Virus record (IMG/VR): IMGVR_UViG_3300042923_000474
Location: 124,001 to 188,000 of that record
Direction: 5' to 3' (one strand)
Length of the DNA stretch: 64,000 bases
The first letter of the stretch is position 1. Every line of letters starts with the position of its first letter. Made by a program: the position numbers and the translations under genes. Of the stretch, positions 26,351 to 37,265 are shown piece after piece. Under the pieces are notes generated by a model. The model saw only the letters and a list, made by a program, of their open reading frames with translations, made no database searches and was not told the DNA's origin.

Positions 26351-29039
26351 TGAGTACCTCGTTGAGCATGCCCAGGCGAATGTCTGGTGCACGCCCGACC
26401 AGGACTACCAGACAGTTATCGCCCCCCACCGTATTTCCGATTATCTCGGGGTGAAGGGTTCGTTGCGCGTGGAGATGGGCCAAGACATCACGATGCCTCT
26501 GCCCGATGTGAAGTTCCACGTGTACCAGATCGGTAACTTGCACCCTGGCCTGATCGGGTTGTTCCCTCGTGCGGGTCATTGGGCGAAAGCCACTGACCAC
26601 ATGAACGTGCAGGGCATGATCATTAATGTCTACGACAAGATGGGCATCAACCTACCGCGCTTTGAAACGTGGTTCGTGGTGCTCCCCAACCGTAACCTGC
26701 TCGTGGCCATTGCCGATCAAGGCGATCGCTTCGACCTGTTGACCCGTCCGATCTTTGTGCGCTGCTATTCGAACGCGTTCTTTGAATCGGACCGCAGTGA
26801 TGATCACCCGCGCATTCCTGACTCCGTCTACATCGAGAACCCTGAGAACGACTGGGCTAACCTCGGTGGGTTGAAGTCGGGCAACTTCGGCGACGTGCTC
26901 ATTGAAGGCACTCGCTGCAAAGTGCGCAATGACCTCATGGTCATGAACAACCGCGTCAAGACGCTGCGTGACATGAACGTGGGTAAGGTCACCTGCTACT
27001 ACAACGGGTTGCTGGTGCCTGACTTCGATGGCCGCTTCTACACCGCTGCCATGTTCAAGCCGGGCGACTGGGTTGAGGTGGTATTGGATGCTTCGATGTC
27101 TGAGGTCTTGGAATTCAAACTCCAGAACCTTGACACATTCGACTCCATCCTCGACGGCCTGCGTAAGTACCTCCTGCACCGTCCTACAGACGTGCTCAAG
27201 GAGATTCAGTTCAAGGATGATCTGGATGTCTGGTTAACTCGTCCGGTGGGCTCAGATCGCTTTGAGGGACGTTACTTCTATCAGAACACTCGACGAGCTG
27301 TTCGACAGGTGACGCATCAGGACTGGGCTATCCCTGTTCCCTTTGTGACAGGTTTCTCTGAGGCAGGGACTGACTTCAGTAACCCGCTGCAGTGGACTGT
27401 CCGCGTGTATGTCCGCAAGTCGGGTTACGCCCGTGAGTTGGTGAATGAAGCGGCCCGTATCAACGAGCTGTATCGTCTACCGGCTACCCAGCGTCGTCGT
27501 GCCATGTTGGGGATGGATTCGAACCTACCCTTCTGGCGTGCGGATAATCTGGAAGCTGGGATGTACGCGTTCCTGATGCAGGACTTCCCAGGGATGTTCA
27601 CTCGGGCTCAGGTGCAGGAAGCTTACGGCTACAACGCCATCAGTAAGTTGGTGGCTGACAGTCCTCTGGCGACCGTTAACCAGAACGGTAACAAGATCGT
27701 CATGATGCCTCCGGGGCTACAACGTGAGGCGACGGTCTACGAGTACGACAAGGATGGGCTGCTGCTCGGCTACTACCAGACTTACGGTACCTTGCATTAT
27801 GGTTGCCGCAATGACAACGCTGCCTTTGTAGAAGGCCGTGTGGGTTTCGGTGGTCCTAACCTGTCGACCGTGTTTGGTGTGGCACCTGTCACGATCAATC
27901 CTGACTGGGATTACTTCTGCATGAAAGTGCAGATCTGGAACGGGGAGATTACTGGGGAGTGGGAAGCGGCTATCCTGGACAAGGACTATGTGATCCGTAA
28001 CGGAGAGATCCGTTGGAACTTGGATGGCAAGGCCTGGCTCTGTGTGGTGCGCAACAACAAGAACTTCTTGGCCTACGACATTGAACTCGATGCCCGCGAT
28101 GGTCTCATGATCTTCAGTGTGCAGTCTGAGGAAGCGAACGAGTACGAGCCGGCCAACCGTGTGGAAGCAGTTCCCTACGGCAAGTTGGACCTGTGGCTCA
28201 ATCGTCGTCCTTTGATCGAGGGCATTGATTACGTGGTGCGCTGGCCACAAGTGGTCATCTGCAACAAAGAGTTCTTGCGTCTGGCTGACACGCAGTTGGT
28301 CTCCATTCGCTGCACAGGTTTGCCGATGGTGGATGAGGCGGGTAAGTTCTACCGTCAGCTGCCTCTGGACGTGGGCTTTGTTCAGTACGGTCAACTGTCT
28401 CGCAACAACCGCTACAACGTACGGGCCGACAAGGTTCAGCGTTTGGTGGTGCGGGGTAAGGTCAAACAGCCGAGTGAAGTCTCGTACCCAGAAGACGGGG
28501 CGGGCATCAGTGTGGGTGGCATTACCAACGGTGATCCGTATTCCGTTGAAGAGGTGATTGTTCCAATCGGTACCTTTACTGTGGACGGGACGTATCCGCT
28601 GCGGAATCAGGCACTGGTGCGGGACCGTCAGGTTGAGGACTACATGTCTCAGTACATCGTGGACCCGGTTGAGGAGAACTACAACCCGATCCCCGCCAAG
28701 TACGACCTCTTCAGTCCGTTCCTCGCCAAGATCATCCGCGACCTGCAACACGGGTATCTGGTGATCGAGAACAAAGAGGTGCCGCTGACCAATGCTCAAG
28801 TGCGCGACAAGCTTAAGGACTACATGTACCTGCTCGAATACGATCCGACCCGCTTGGATCTGCCGACTGACTATGTGGAAATCCATGTGCACGACAGCTA
28901 TCAGCTGATCACCTTGGGTGTCTATCATTTCTACCTGCTGGAAATGGCAGCCAAGCTCTGGATGCCAGGGCAGGTTGACATCAGCCGTTGGGTGGGTATC
29001 GACACCAACTGGGTTCCGATTCCGATTGGCCCTGCATAA
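26343..29039 (+). CDS. Virion structural (baseplate/tail) protein (phiKZ gp27-like)
   Basis: 898 aa; NVWCTPDQD, WRADNLE, AYGYNA, YDLFSPF. Confidence 0.8.
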   Translation: MPSEYLVEHAQANVWCTPDQDYQTVIAPHRISDYLGVKGSLRVEMGQDITMPLPDVKFHVYQIGNLHPGLIGLFPRAGHWAKATDHMNVQGMIINVYDKMGINLPRFETWFVVLPNRNLLVAIADQGDRFDLLTRPIFVRCYSNAFFESDRSDDHPRIPDSVYIENPENDWANLGGLKSGNFGDVLIEGTRCKVRNDLMVMNNRVKTLRDMNVGKVTCYYNGLLVPDFDGRFYTAAMFKPGDWVEVVLDASMSEVLEFKLQNLDTFDSILDGLRKYLLHRPTDVLKEIQFKDDLDVWLTRPVGSDRFEGRYFYQNTRRAVRQVTHQDWAIPVPFVTGFSEAGTDFSNPLQWTVRVYVRKSGYARELVNEAARINELYRLPATQRRRAMLGMDSNLPFWRADNLEAGMYAFLMQDFPGMFTRAQVQEAYGYNAISKLVADSPLATVNQNGNKIVMMPPGLQREATVYEYDKDGLLLGYYQTYGTLHYGCRNDNAAFVEGRVGFGGPNLSTVFGVAPVTINPDWDYFCMKVQIWNGEITGEWEAAILDKDYVIRNGEIRWNLDGKAWLCVVRNNKNFLAYDIELDARDGLMIFSVQSEEANEYEPANRVEAVPYGKLDLWLNRRPLIEGIDYVVRWPQVVICNKEFLRLADTQLVSIRCTGLPMVDEAGKFYRQLPLDVGFVQYGQLSRNNRYNVRADKVQRLVVRGKVKQPSEVSYPEDGAGISVGGITNGDPYSVEEVIVPIGTFTVDGTYPLRNQALVRDRQVEDYMSQYIVDPVEENYNPIPAKYDLFSPFLAKIIRDLQHGYLVIENKEVPLTNAQVRDKLKDYMYLLEYDPTRLDLPTDYVEIHVHDSYQLITLGVYHFYLLEMAAKLWMPGQVDISRWVGIDTNWVPIPIGPA

Positions 29040-29063
29040 GGGCCCTCCACCTTTCACGAGAGT

Positions 29064-30779
29064 ATGCGCATGTCTACTATCAATACCAATCCATCGATGC
29101 AGATCGACCGTAACCGGCCGTGGCAGTCGTGGAACATCACGCAGATCTTCGTGCCCGGTGGTGCGGGTGGTCTGATCGTGCCCAACATCGACGACGAGAT
29201 CATGCAATGGGGTAGCAACAGCTACTTCGTGTACCGCTGCTCTGATGTCGATTACACCACGGGTAAGTCTACCCTCGAACTGATGCACGAGACGCCTTAC
29301 ACACCCCCTACCGGTGTGGAAGACATCATCCTGTCCAGTGGACCGGGTACTCCGGTTGAAGCGTTCCGTGCCTACGTGGACCGCAGCGTTAAGCCGGCTA
29401 CTATCTCGGTGGACCGTCAGTTCTACTTCCTCGGGACCATGGCTCGCTATGTGAAGATCTACCGCGGCACCAACACCGGTGCAACGGGTCAGGTCATCTC
29501 TGCCATGTACGACCAAGGCGGGGCGGGTGATCTGCTCGGTGAGAACATCCCCCTCAAACAGGTGGCTACTGCGAAGTTGCCGGCTGCAGGGTTGGTGGAA
29601 GCGATTGACTCGGCGGTGAAGATCGTTGAGACCGGTTATCTCACTGTGGATGTGCCGGACAACGAAATCATCACTGTGGTGGCGTTCGACGACAATGGCA
29701 ACATCGTTCAGCAACGAGCGATCACTGTCTACAACACCAGCTTTTCCCTACAGGTGGACAGCTCCCGTCGCTATGTGCGTGACGTGCGGCTGAAGACCCA
29801 GTTCCTGTCCGAAGGCGATAACACCGTTATTGCTGTTCCTCGGAACATGACCCTGGAATCCATTCTGGCCATGGGTGAGGTGATCTACTCCGACGGCTCC
29901 ATCGAATCGCATCCGGTAGATGGCACCAAGATGGCGGTGCACGGACTCTACTCCAACCGCTTCATCGCTAACTCCGATGGCGCACGTGGGCGGGTGGTTC
30001 TGATGTATCGCTTGGATGCCAACGAGTATCTCTACGGGGCACAGGTGGGTGAATTCCCGCACATGTCCAAGGCTTACTCGGTGGAATCGGTACCGTTCGA
30101 AAAGGCTTTCGCCTGCCGTATCTGGGCCTTCCCGCAATGGGTCGACGTCAACAGTGGTTATCGTATGAGGTATTTCCTCTCGACCTTGCGTCGTGATCAC
30201 CTCTATGACATCACCGATAAGGTGCGCATGGCTCCGGCCTCGCCTGCCTTTAACCCTCTGGCGTACGGTCAACTGCAGAACTTGGTTCTGACGGTAGACA
30301 TGCAAAAGGTGGACGACGCATTCAAGTCGTGGAAGTACGTGCAGCCAACGGGTATCACCCTGTTCGCTCCTGCTTCGGCCGGTGATGAAACCAGCTACAC
30401 CGTGAACTTCGATCCAGCTGACAGCACGGTGTTTGGCCTTAAATTGCAGGTGAAGGGCGACTACCGTTCAGCCGGTGTTTGGATGATGGATGTGTCGATG
30501 AAGGCGGGTAGCAAAGAGGACTGGCTGGATAAGCTGTTCTTCAATGCTCGCCCTATCTACAACACAACCAGTGAGATGCGTGCCCCGCCACCTACTCACT
30601 TCAATCTGGTGATTGCAGGCGTTCGTAAAGAGTTCTCCGTGAATAACTGGATGACTCCTTTGCAAATGAATGCGCAGCCTGGACCAGGCGAGATGATCCT
30701 TTTCGAATGGATCATGCGCGATGGCAACGGGGATCACCTGCTGGGCGTTACCGCCGTTCCAATGTTCCAAGTGGACTGA
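29064..30779 (+). CDS. Virion structural protein (phiKZ gp26-like)
   Basis: 571 aa, beta-rich, lies between the gp27-like gene and terminase. Confidence 0.75.
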   Translation: MRMSTINTNPSMQIDRNRPWQSWNITQIFVPGGAGGLIVPNIDDEIMQWGSNSYFVYRCSDVDYTTGKSTLELMHETPYTPPTGVEDIILSSGPGTPVEAFRAYVDRSVKPATISVDRQFYFLGTMARYVKIYRGTNTGATGQVISAMYDQGGAGDLLGENIPLKQVATAKLPAAGLVEAIDSAVKIVETGYLTVDVPDNEIITVVAFDDNGNIVQQRAITVYNTSFSLQVDSSRRYVRDVRLKTQFLSEGDNTVIAVPRNMTLESILAMGEVIYSDGSIESHPVDGTKMAVHGLYSNRFIANSDGARGRVVLMYRLDANEYLYGAQVGEFPHMSKAYSVESVPFEKAFACRIWAFPQWVDVNSGYRMRYFLSTLRRDHLYDITDKVRMAPASPAFNPLAYGQLQNLVLTVDMQKVDDAFKSWKYVQPTGITLFAPASAGDETSYTVNFDPADSTVFGLKLQVKGDYRSAGVWMMDVSMKAGSKEDWLDKLFFNARPIYNTTSEMRAPPPTHFNLVIAGVRKEFSVNNWMTPLQMNAQPGPGEMILFEWIMRDGNGDHLLGVTAVPMFQVD

Positions 30780-30832
30780 TACAGACTGCCTCCTCTCCCG
30801 CAAGGGAGGGGAGGCATTTAGGAGCGACGATT

Positions 30833-33013
30833 ATGATTTTACACGACGGGGATATTGACCAGTACCCCGGTGCCATTTACGACGTACACACGAGCAATAA
30901 AAGCTTTGTGCGTTATGTGGCGCTGCTGCGAAAGATGGGCGTTAAGAACGCCTACTTCTGTTTGGCCCTGCTGCACCCAGAATTGCAAGGCGTAGACCCG
31001 CACGATCCAAACTTGGATGAACAGACCAAGGTGAAGATCTGGCGGGAGTGTATGGAGAACCCGTGGTACTTCATCCGGGAAGTGATCCGCATTAAAGCGG
31101 GTGACATGATTCCGTACATCGCCAACCGTGGCAACATGGCTTTGATGTGGCTCTTCCTTAACCACATCGACATGTTCCTCATTCAGCCTCGTCAGACCGG
31201 TAAATCGGTGGGGGCTGACTGTTTGATGTTGTGGTTGATTTACTTTGGCTGTTATAACGTCGACATACAGCTAATTACAAAAGACGCCAAGCTTCGAACG
31301 GACAACATCCTTCGACTCAAGGCGATGCGCGACGGCATACCGCAGTGGTTGGTACTCCATTCCAAGGGAGACCCGGACAACACGGAAGAGATTGGTTATG
31401 AAGCGCGGAAGATGCGTTACATTGCAAAGGTACCACGTGCATCTGCCACGGACGCTGAGAAAGTAGGTCGGGGTGCTACCAGTCCGATCCTGCAGTTCGA
31501 CGAAGCACCCTTCATCAACCACATTGGCATTACCCTACCTTCTGCAATGGGTTCCTCTACTCGGGCCCGTGAGAACGCCAGGCGCCTAGGTGCGCCGTAT
31601 GGGGTACTGTACACAACCACGGCAGGCAAGATCGACAGCCGTGATGGTCGTTTCGTTTACGACATGCTGCAAGGCGCTGCAACGTGGAACGAGCGTTACA
31701 TGGATGCTGGTTCTCAAGAGCAGCTTGAGCAGATGATCATGGACCACTGCACGGGCGATGTTCCGCTCATGAACGTGACCATGTCTCACCGTCAGTTGGG
31801 TTACACCGACGAGTGGCTGTGGGAAACCATGGCTCGAAACAAAGCCTACGGCGAGATCGCAGAACGAGACTATATGAACCGCTGGACCAACGGTACCGGT
31901 AGTAACCCTATCGATGCCAAAACCCTGGAACGCATCACCAAGTCTGAGCGTGAGCCGGATTGGGTGGAGTTGTCCAAAGAGGGTTACATGGTCAACTGGT
32001 ACATCGAGAAGGAAAAGATTCAGCAGTTCATGTCCACACGTCGTTTCATCATGGGCCTCGATACGTCCGATGCTATCGGTCGAGATGGTATCGCCATGGT
32101 GATCATCGATACACGGTCTTTGGCTGTGGTGGCTTCGGGTGTGTTCAACCGCACCAACATCTACCGCTGGATCAGTTTCTTGGGTGCGTTCATGCTGGCC
32201 TATCCAACGGTCACGCTCATCCCAGAACGCAAGTCGTCGGCTCAGTCGATTGTGGACGGCCTCATTCAGATTCTGGATGCTGCCGGTGTCGATCCATTCC
32301 GTCGGATCTTCAACCACATCGTCGACAACCGCGAGCGCTACTCGGACGAGTTTGTCAACACCAGCAACTCGCTCATGCGTCGTCGTATGTTCGAAACGCA
32401 CAAGCAGCACTTCGGGTTCAACACCACAGGCGATTCTCGTACTCAGCTCTACGTCAACGTACTCAACAGTGCGCTGGATGATGCTGCTGGCAAGATCCAA
32501 GACAAGAAGCTGTCTGGCGAGTTCAGAAGCCTTGTGGTCAAGAACGGTCGGATCGACCACCAAACTGGCGGGCACGATGACTGCATCATTGCCTACCTCA
32601 TGGCCAACTGGATGTTGCTCCATGCGAAGAACCTCACGCACTACGGCATTCAGAAGTCTGACGTGCGCACCGAGGTGATTAAAGGTAAGGATACCATCTC
32701 TGTACAGGACATGATCAAACAAGACCGTGCCCGTAAGATCCGTGAGCAACTCGATGACCTGTTCATCAAGCTTGGGGATGCAGAGAGTGATGTGGAAGCG
32801 GTTCGCTACGAGCATGAGATCCGTCACGTGATGACGATGTCTGTGGAGATTGGTGAATCGGCTGAGAGTATTCAGGAGTTGATTGACACTGCGACCGTGC
32901 GTCGTCGTGAACGTCTGCGTACTCGCCGCATGGGTGGTTCCATGGGGAATGGGAACTATGGTTGGATGAACAACCGCAGTCAAGGCTACACCCCTCCTCC
33001 AATGACCTGCTGA
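30833..33013 (+). CDS. terL: Terminase large subunit (phiKZ gp25-like)
   Basis: Walker A QPRQTGKS, Walker B LQFDE, coupling motif YTTTAG, nuclease GLDTS and HDD; AGGAG RBS before ATG 30833. Confidence 0.93.
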   Translation: MILHDGDIDQYPGAIYDVHTSNKSFVRYVALLRKMGVKNAYFCLALLHPELQGVDPHDPNLDEQTKVKIWRECMENPWYFIREVIRIKAGDMIPYIANRGNMALMWLFLNHIDMFLIQPRQTGKSVGADCLMLWLIYFGCYNVDIQLITKDAKLRTDNILRLKAMRDGIPQWLVLHSKGDPDNTEEIGYEARKMRYIAKVPRASATDAEKVGRGATSPILQFDEAPFINHIGITLPSAMGSSTRARENARRLGAPYGVLYTTTAGKIDSRDGRFVYDMLQGAATWNERYMDAGSQEQLEQMIMDHCTGDVPLMNVTMSHRQLGYTDEWLWETMARNKAYGEIAERDYMNRWTNGTGSNPIDAKTLERITKSEREPDWVELSKEGYMVNWYIEKEKIQQFMSTRRFIMGLDTSDAIGRDGIAMVIIDTRSLAVVASGVFNRTNIYRWISFLGAFMLAYPTVTLIPERKSSAQSIVDGLIQILDAAGVDPFRRIFNHIVDNRERYSDEFVNTSNSLMRRRMFETHKQHFGFNTTGDSRTQLYVNVLNSALDDAAGKIQDKKLSGEFRSLVVKNGRIDHQTGGHDDCIIAYLMANWMLLHAKNLTHYGIQKSDVRTEVIKGKDTISVQDMIKQDRARKIREQLDDLFIKLGDAESDVEAVRYEHEIRHVMTMSVEIGESAESIQELIDTATVRRRERLRTRRMGGSMGNGNYGWMNNRSQGYTPPPMTC

Positions 33014-33051
33014 CATACGCCCCCTCCCCGTAATGGGGAGGGGGCTATGCC
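33014..33051. terminator. Bidirectional CATA-hairpin-TATGC element
   Basis: CATAC GCCCCCTCCCC GTAAT GGGGAGGGGGC TATGCC, between convergent genes. Confidence 0.8.
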
Positions 33052-33052
33052 G

Positions 33053-34372
33053 TTACCACTTGATGTCTTGGAGCAGTTGAGCGAGAACTTTCTTCTTGTC
33101 CTCGTCGGTGTTGGGGTCGTCCATCTCAGATTGGATCAGAGAACGAACAGCCTTGGCCTCTTCCACGTTAACGCCGTATGCAAAGCGCACCAACGTGTTG
33201 TAGACCGCAATCTCCAAGTTGATCAGGTCAATCATGCGACTGACCATTTTGATGTAGCCCTTGGCGATACCAATGCGGGTTTCCAACGCCTTCTTGAAGT
33301 CGGGCGGCAACTTAACACCCACGTCAGCCAAACGCTTTTCCTGTTTAGGTAAGTCGTTCTTGACCTTGTCGATGTCAGACACCAGTGTCGCGTACTTGTC
33401 AAGCTTCGGTGGTTCGAGCTTACGTTCGCGACGTTTCTCCATGGCCTCCAAGCGAATGGTCAGTTCGTGGTCAGAACGTTCGCTAGGGGCAGTGGCCCAT
33501 TCCAGGAAGATCCTGACTTCCTCATCGCTACCACCGCGCATGCGGCCAGCAATATGCTTGACATACATGGACTCGCAACGGCGACGCAGATAGGTGGCCA
33601 AGTCCTCCATGCTGGACCAGCCGATGAAGGTCGAGTTGGCATGGGCCATCAGGAACTTCGGTGTGATGAGTGAGCTGGAAGAGCTGTTAGCAAACTTCAC
33701 AGCTTCGTCCAAGTAGGGTACCAGTTGACCATGGTATTCTTTCCACACCGACAGCTTGGCTTTCTCCAGCGCATCTTCCAGCGACTTACCGGGCTCCTCC
33801 ATCCCATTGAGGATCAGACCAATGGAGGCGTAGACGTAGTTGGACGGGCGGCTCTCAAGGAAAGCAGCAACCACCTTAGCGCGGGCTTCCTCACGGGCTT
33901 TGCGAGCAGCATCAGCAGCGATGACCTGATCACGTTCAGCCGCATGCATCCGTTCACGCCATGCAGCGTTGGCAGCCACGGACTTCTTGTAGTCGTCATC
34001 CATCTTGGTGTTGATGTCGCTGATCTTCTTCTTGTTGGCATTCATGACCCAGAAGATCAACGTGCCGAAAGCTGCGACGATTGCCACACCGATTGCAACC
34101 TTTACCGCAGTGCTCAGTGCCTCTGTTGCCACCGGGAAGTTGGTGTTGGTCACCTGTGTGGTGAACGACTCCATCGCGATCTGTGGTGGGAGGATGCCTT
34201 TGAACTGGCTGGCCTGCTCCTTGGACACCCCACCTGCTTGCTGGATGGCTTCCAACTGCATCTGGAATTCAGCAGCCCGCTCATTGGCCATTGTTTCCAG
34301 ATCGTCCAACTCCTCGATGCTCATGTTGGCGAGGGATGAAAGATCGACATCGGTCAATCCTGGAATAATCAT
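33053..34372 (-). CDS. Protease-processed internal head (ejection-type) protein with a TM helix
   Basis: Acidic propeptide with AME-SF...TN...ATE-AL, typical of phiKZ-like head paralogues, then a TM segment and coiled coil. Confidence 0.65.
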   Translation of the reverse strand: MIIPGLTDVDLSSLANMSIEELDDLETMANERAAEFQMQLEAIQQAGGVSKEQASQFKGILPPQIAMESFTTQVTNTNFPVATEALSTAVKVAIGVAIVAAFGTLIFWVMNANKKKISDINTKMDDDYKKSVAANAAWRERMHAAERDQVIAADAARKAREEARAKVVAAFLESRPSNYVYASIGLILNGMEEPGKSLEDALEKAKLSVWKEYHGQLVPYLDEAVKFANSSSSSLITPKFLMAHANSTFIGWSSMEDLATYLRRRCESMYVKHIAGRMRGGSDEEVRIFLEWATAPSERSDHELTIRLEAMEKRRERKLEPPKLDKYATLVSDIDKVKNDLPKQEKRLADVGVKLPPDFKKALETRIGIAKGYIKMVSRMIDLINLEIAVYNTLVRFAYGVNVEEAKAVRSLIQSEMDDPNTDEDKKKVLAQLLQDIKW

Positions 34373-34382
34373 GATGGTCCCT

Positions 34383-35708
34383 TTACTTGAAATAGTTCAT
34401 GGTGATTGCACGGACCACGATGTAGAGTTCCAGTGCGGTACGCAGCGAAGCGATTTGGGATTCGGACTTGGACAGCTTGGACTTGCGAACAATCTCTTCC
34501 GCATAAGCACGAGCCTTGATCAAGCCTTGATCCTTCATACGGGAGGCCCCGTACAGGTCTTTGAGTTTGCTAACCAGACCCGCCAGATTGTCCACAGACT
34601 TGACGTCGATGCGGTTGACCTGAATGTAGTCGATAGCGTGCAGCACCAACTCTTCAGCCAGTTCTGCCGTCTTGACCTTGGTCCGACCACTGTGAGCGGT
34701 ACACACCCACTTGAGCAGTTCCCAGAAAAGACCTTCCGATACTGTGCCCACCATTTCACGCACAACCGTAACCACCTCTTCACGGATAAACGTGTTGGGG
34801 TCGTTCATGACAGACTGAATGTACGTCACGTAACGTTTGTTGTCGTTGGTGTTGGACTTGAGCATCAACTCCCCGTCAATGACCAGGGTTGCAGTCGTCG
34901 TACGGATGCGGCCGCCGTTACGGCGAATGTCCATGTGTACTTGGAAGATCTTCTTGACCACTTCACGCAGACGGTCCTGTGGCTCTGTTACAGCGTAGGT
35001 AACACGGCTGTCGGGTGCGTAGTGGGTCACGACGCGAGCGTGGATCGCATTAGGCTTGAGGAAGTCCTCAGCACGCTGTGTGAACCACAGATCCCAACTG
35101 CCTGCCTTCTTGATACCCCACTTGAGGTCCAGCGAGGCGTAGGTGGCTTTGGCTTCTTCGATGCTGGCTGGCTTGTCGTAATAGTGCGACAGAAGGGACG
35201 TGAACAGTTTGACCTGCAACATGTAGAACACGTTGATCTTGGCCTGTTCCTTTTCCTTGATGGTCAGCTTGTTGGAATTATGCAGGCGGTAAAGCAGATA
35301 CAGCGCTGCCGTGTTGTACGGGTCAGACAGACGAGCCCAGTCCGAATCGATCAGTGGGGTCTTGATGATCAGTTGACGAGCATCGTGCTCATCCAAACCC
35401 ATCACGTCTTGAAAGAAGGCATCACGGTCCATCTTGGTGTGACGCACAATCTCAACGCCGAGCAAGTTACCGCCGAAGAAAGCGATGTGGTCTTCGTTCT
35501 TGTTGATGAACCCGGACTTGTATTTGCGGATACGGTCAACCAGATACTTGTCTGCTACCAAGTCAACGCACAGTTCGTCGTAGACCTGTTTAATGGCATC
35601 GCCGGTAGCACCCAATGCTTCCAACGCCATGAGGGGTTCTGGGTTGGTCAGGTGCAGTAAATCGAATTCTTGGTCGAACCCGTAGGTACTCGATTGTTCG
35701 TAGGACAT
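34383..35708 (-). CDS. Conserved jumbo-phage protein, probably virion-associated
   Basis: 441 aa; N-terminal ALEAL candidate cleavage site; NEDHIAFFGGNLLGV block. Confidence 0.65.
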   Translation of the reverse strand: MSYEQSSTYGFDQEFDLLHLTNPEPLMALEALGATGDAIKQVYDELCVDLVADKYLVDRIRKYKSGFINKNEDHIAFFGGNLLGVEIVRHTKMDRDAFFQDVMGLDEHDARQLIIKTPLIDSDWARLSDPYNTAALYLLYRLHNSNKLTIKEKEQAKINVFYMLQVKLFTSLLSHYYDKPASIEEAKATYASLDLKWGIKKAGSWDLWFTQRAEDFLKPNAIHARVVTHYAPDSRVTYAVTEPQDRLREVVKKIFQVHMDIRRNGGRIRTTTATLVIDGELMLKSNTNDNKRYVTYIQSVMNDPNTFIREEVVTVVREMVGTVSEGLFWELLKWVCTAHSGRTKVKTAELAEELVLHAIDYIQVNRIDVKSVDNLAGLVSKLKDLYGASRMKDQGLIKARAYAEEIVRKSKLSKSESQIASLRTALELYIVVRAITMNYFK

Positions 35709-35763
35709 AATGGATTCCCTAGGGAGTTAACTGACTATACGATAAAGACCGGTTTTAACCAGA

Positions 35764-35788
35764 ATTCAAACCTATAATACCTAAGTGA
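35764..35788 (+). promoter_or_regulatory. Putative phage early promoter (copy 3)
   Basis: ATTCAAACCTATAATACCTAAGTGA; core TATAATAC resembles the phiKZ early motif TATATTAC. Confidence 0.7.
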
Positions 35789-35846
35789 ATGACAGTCAAT
35801 AATGATCGTCGTTTAACCTATTCCCAAGTCCTAAGGAGGACACATC

Positions 35847-36731
35847 ATGGAACAAGCGAACATTACTTTCACCGAAGACGCTGAAGGTGCACTGATCTTT
35901 CAATACGCTGGCCGTAAGTATCTCTACGCCGGTCGTAAAGATGGGATCATGTACGGCATCTCCACCGCTCGTAAAGAGTGGAAGGAGTTGCTGGAAGATG
36001 CTGGAAACCGCGAATACGAGAAGGTTGGTAGTCGGGCAGTGGCCATGGGTCTGGACTTTGTGCACTTCGATCTGGGTATCCTCAAGATCGACGTCGTCGC
36101 TAAGTTGACGGATCTGATGGAGACCTACGATGACTTCGAAGGTCTGGGCATTATGACCATCAGCAAAACCGATTGCCGTTCTCCAGACGGCATCACGATC
36201 GGTTTGATCGATGGCATGATCGCCATGGCTCGGGTTCTGCGTAAGGCCAACCTTGGCTCGGCAGAAGTGCAAGAGGCTCTGAAGGACTTCACCACCGATG
36301 AGGATGTGAAGTGGCTGATGGAGCACTCGGTACAGAACTGGGAGTTCGGCGCGGATGCTGACAAGGACTGGGAACTGGGTGATCCACTGCAGGTGGTCAT
36401 CCCTGAGTCGGCCCTTCAGTCGGCTGTGGAGCCTTCCAAAGATGGCAAGTACAAGGTGGAATACTGCCAGAAGACTTGGCCAGCTGGTTGGGATCACGAG
36501 GACTCGACCATCGAGTTTGATAGCCGGGATGAAATGAACACCTGGCTATTGGGGAAGATTGAGTGGTGCAAGTATGAAGATAACGGTTTCCGCTGCCGTG
36601 TCTACTTGTACAAGGACAACTTCCCTCACTCGATCGGTAAGGGCGAGTGGCTCTCTGACCAGTTCGTCAGTGTTGGATTGAGCTGGGTGCCTACCCTGGA
36701 CATCCTCTCCGACATGGAATGGATGAAGTAA
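35847..36731 (+). CDS. Hypothetical acidic protein
   Basis: Strong SD, 294 aa. Confidence 0.8.
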   Translation: MEQANITFTEDAEGALIFQYAGRKYLYAGRKDGIMYGISTARKEWKELLEDAGNREYEKVGSRAVAMGLDFVHFDLGILKIDVVAKLTDLMETYDDFEGLGIMTISKTDCRSPDGITIGLIDGMIAMARVLRKANLGSAEVQEALKDFTTDEDVKWLMEHSVQNWEFGADADKDWELGDPLQVVIPESALQSAVEPSKDGKYKVEYCQKTWPAGWDHEDSTIEFDSRDEMNTWLLGKIEWCKYEDNGFRCRVYLYKDNFPHSIGKGEWLSDQFVSVGLSWVPTLDILSDMEWMK

Positions 36732-36801
36732 CGCCGCAACACCCTAGCCTGCCAATGGTGGTGGGCTAGGATTTATAACCACGTTCTAAGGAGAACACAA
36801 C

Positions 36802-37218
36802 ATGGCTTTCAAAGACTACAACCGCAATCAACTGATCACTGGCCTCGTACTGCTGGCTGTTGTTTTCATCGGCGCAGTTCTGGGTTTCATGTTTGTCTAC
36901 AAGTTCGTAGGCAAGCTGGCTACAACGCTTTTGACGCTGGCAGCGATTGTCTACTACGTGTGGCAATACTTCCACTTCAAGAGCAACGCAAAGGCAAAGG
37001 CCGATTACATCGGTGCCCTGCGTGCGTCTCTGTACAAACAAACTGTCACCAACCATCTGGTGATGATCTTGAACCTGACCAATGTGGCAGCGTTGCTGGC
37101 TCTGGTCATTATGGGTTGGTGGTTCGTGGCGATCTGTGGGGCAGTGATGTCTTACATTACACTGGGGCATGTTCGTGAAGCGGAAGCTTTGCACAATGCT
37201 TCCCTGGCCACCCGCTAA
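36802..37218 (+). CDS. Multi-pass membrane protein
   Basis: About four hydrophobic helices; strong SD. Confidence 0.8.
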   Translation: MAFKDYNRNQLITGLVLLAVVFIGAVLGFMFVYKFVGKLATTLLTLAAIVYYVWQYFHFKSNAKAKADYIGALRASLYKQTVTNHLVMILNLTNVAALLALVIMGWWFVAICGAVMSYITLGHVREAEALHNASLATR

Positions 37219-37265
37219 TCCTTCCTCCACCCGCAACCTCAATCTCATTTTCAAGGAATACAGCC

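Noticed and set aside
22682-35660. Long antisense ORFs (22682-24949, 27717-29714, 31586-33016, 34005-35660)
   Set aside because: They mirror well-supported genes, a typical result of codon bias in GC-rich DNA; no RBS or motifs.
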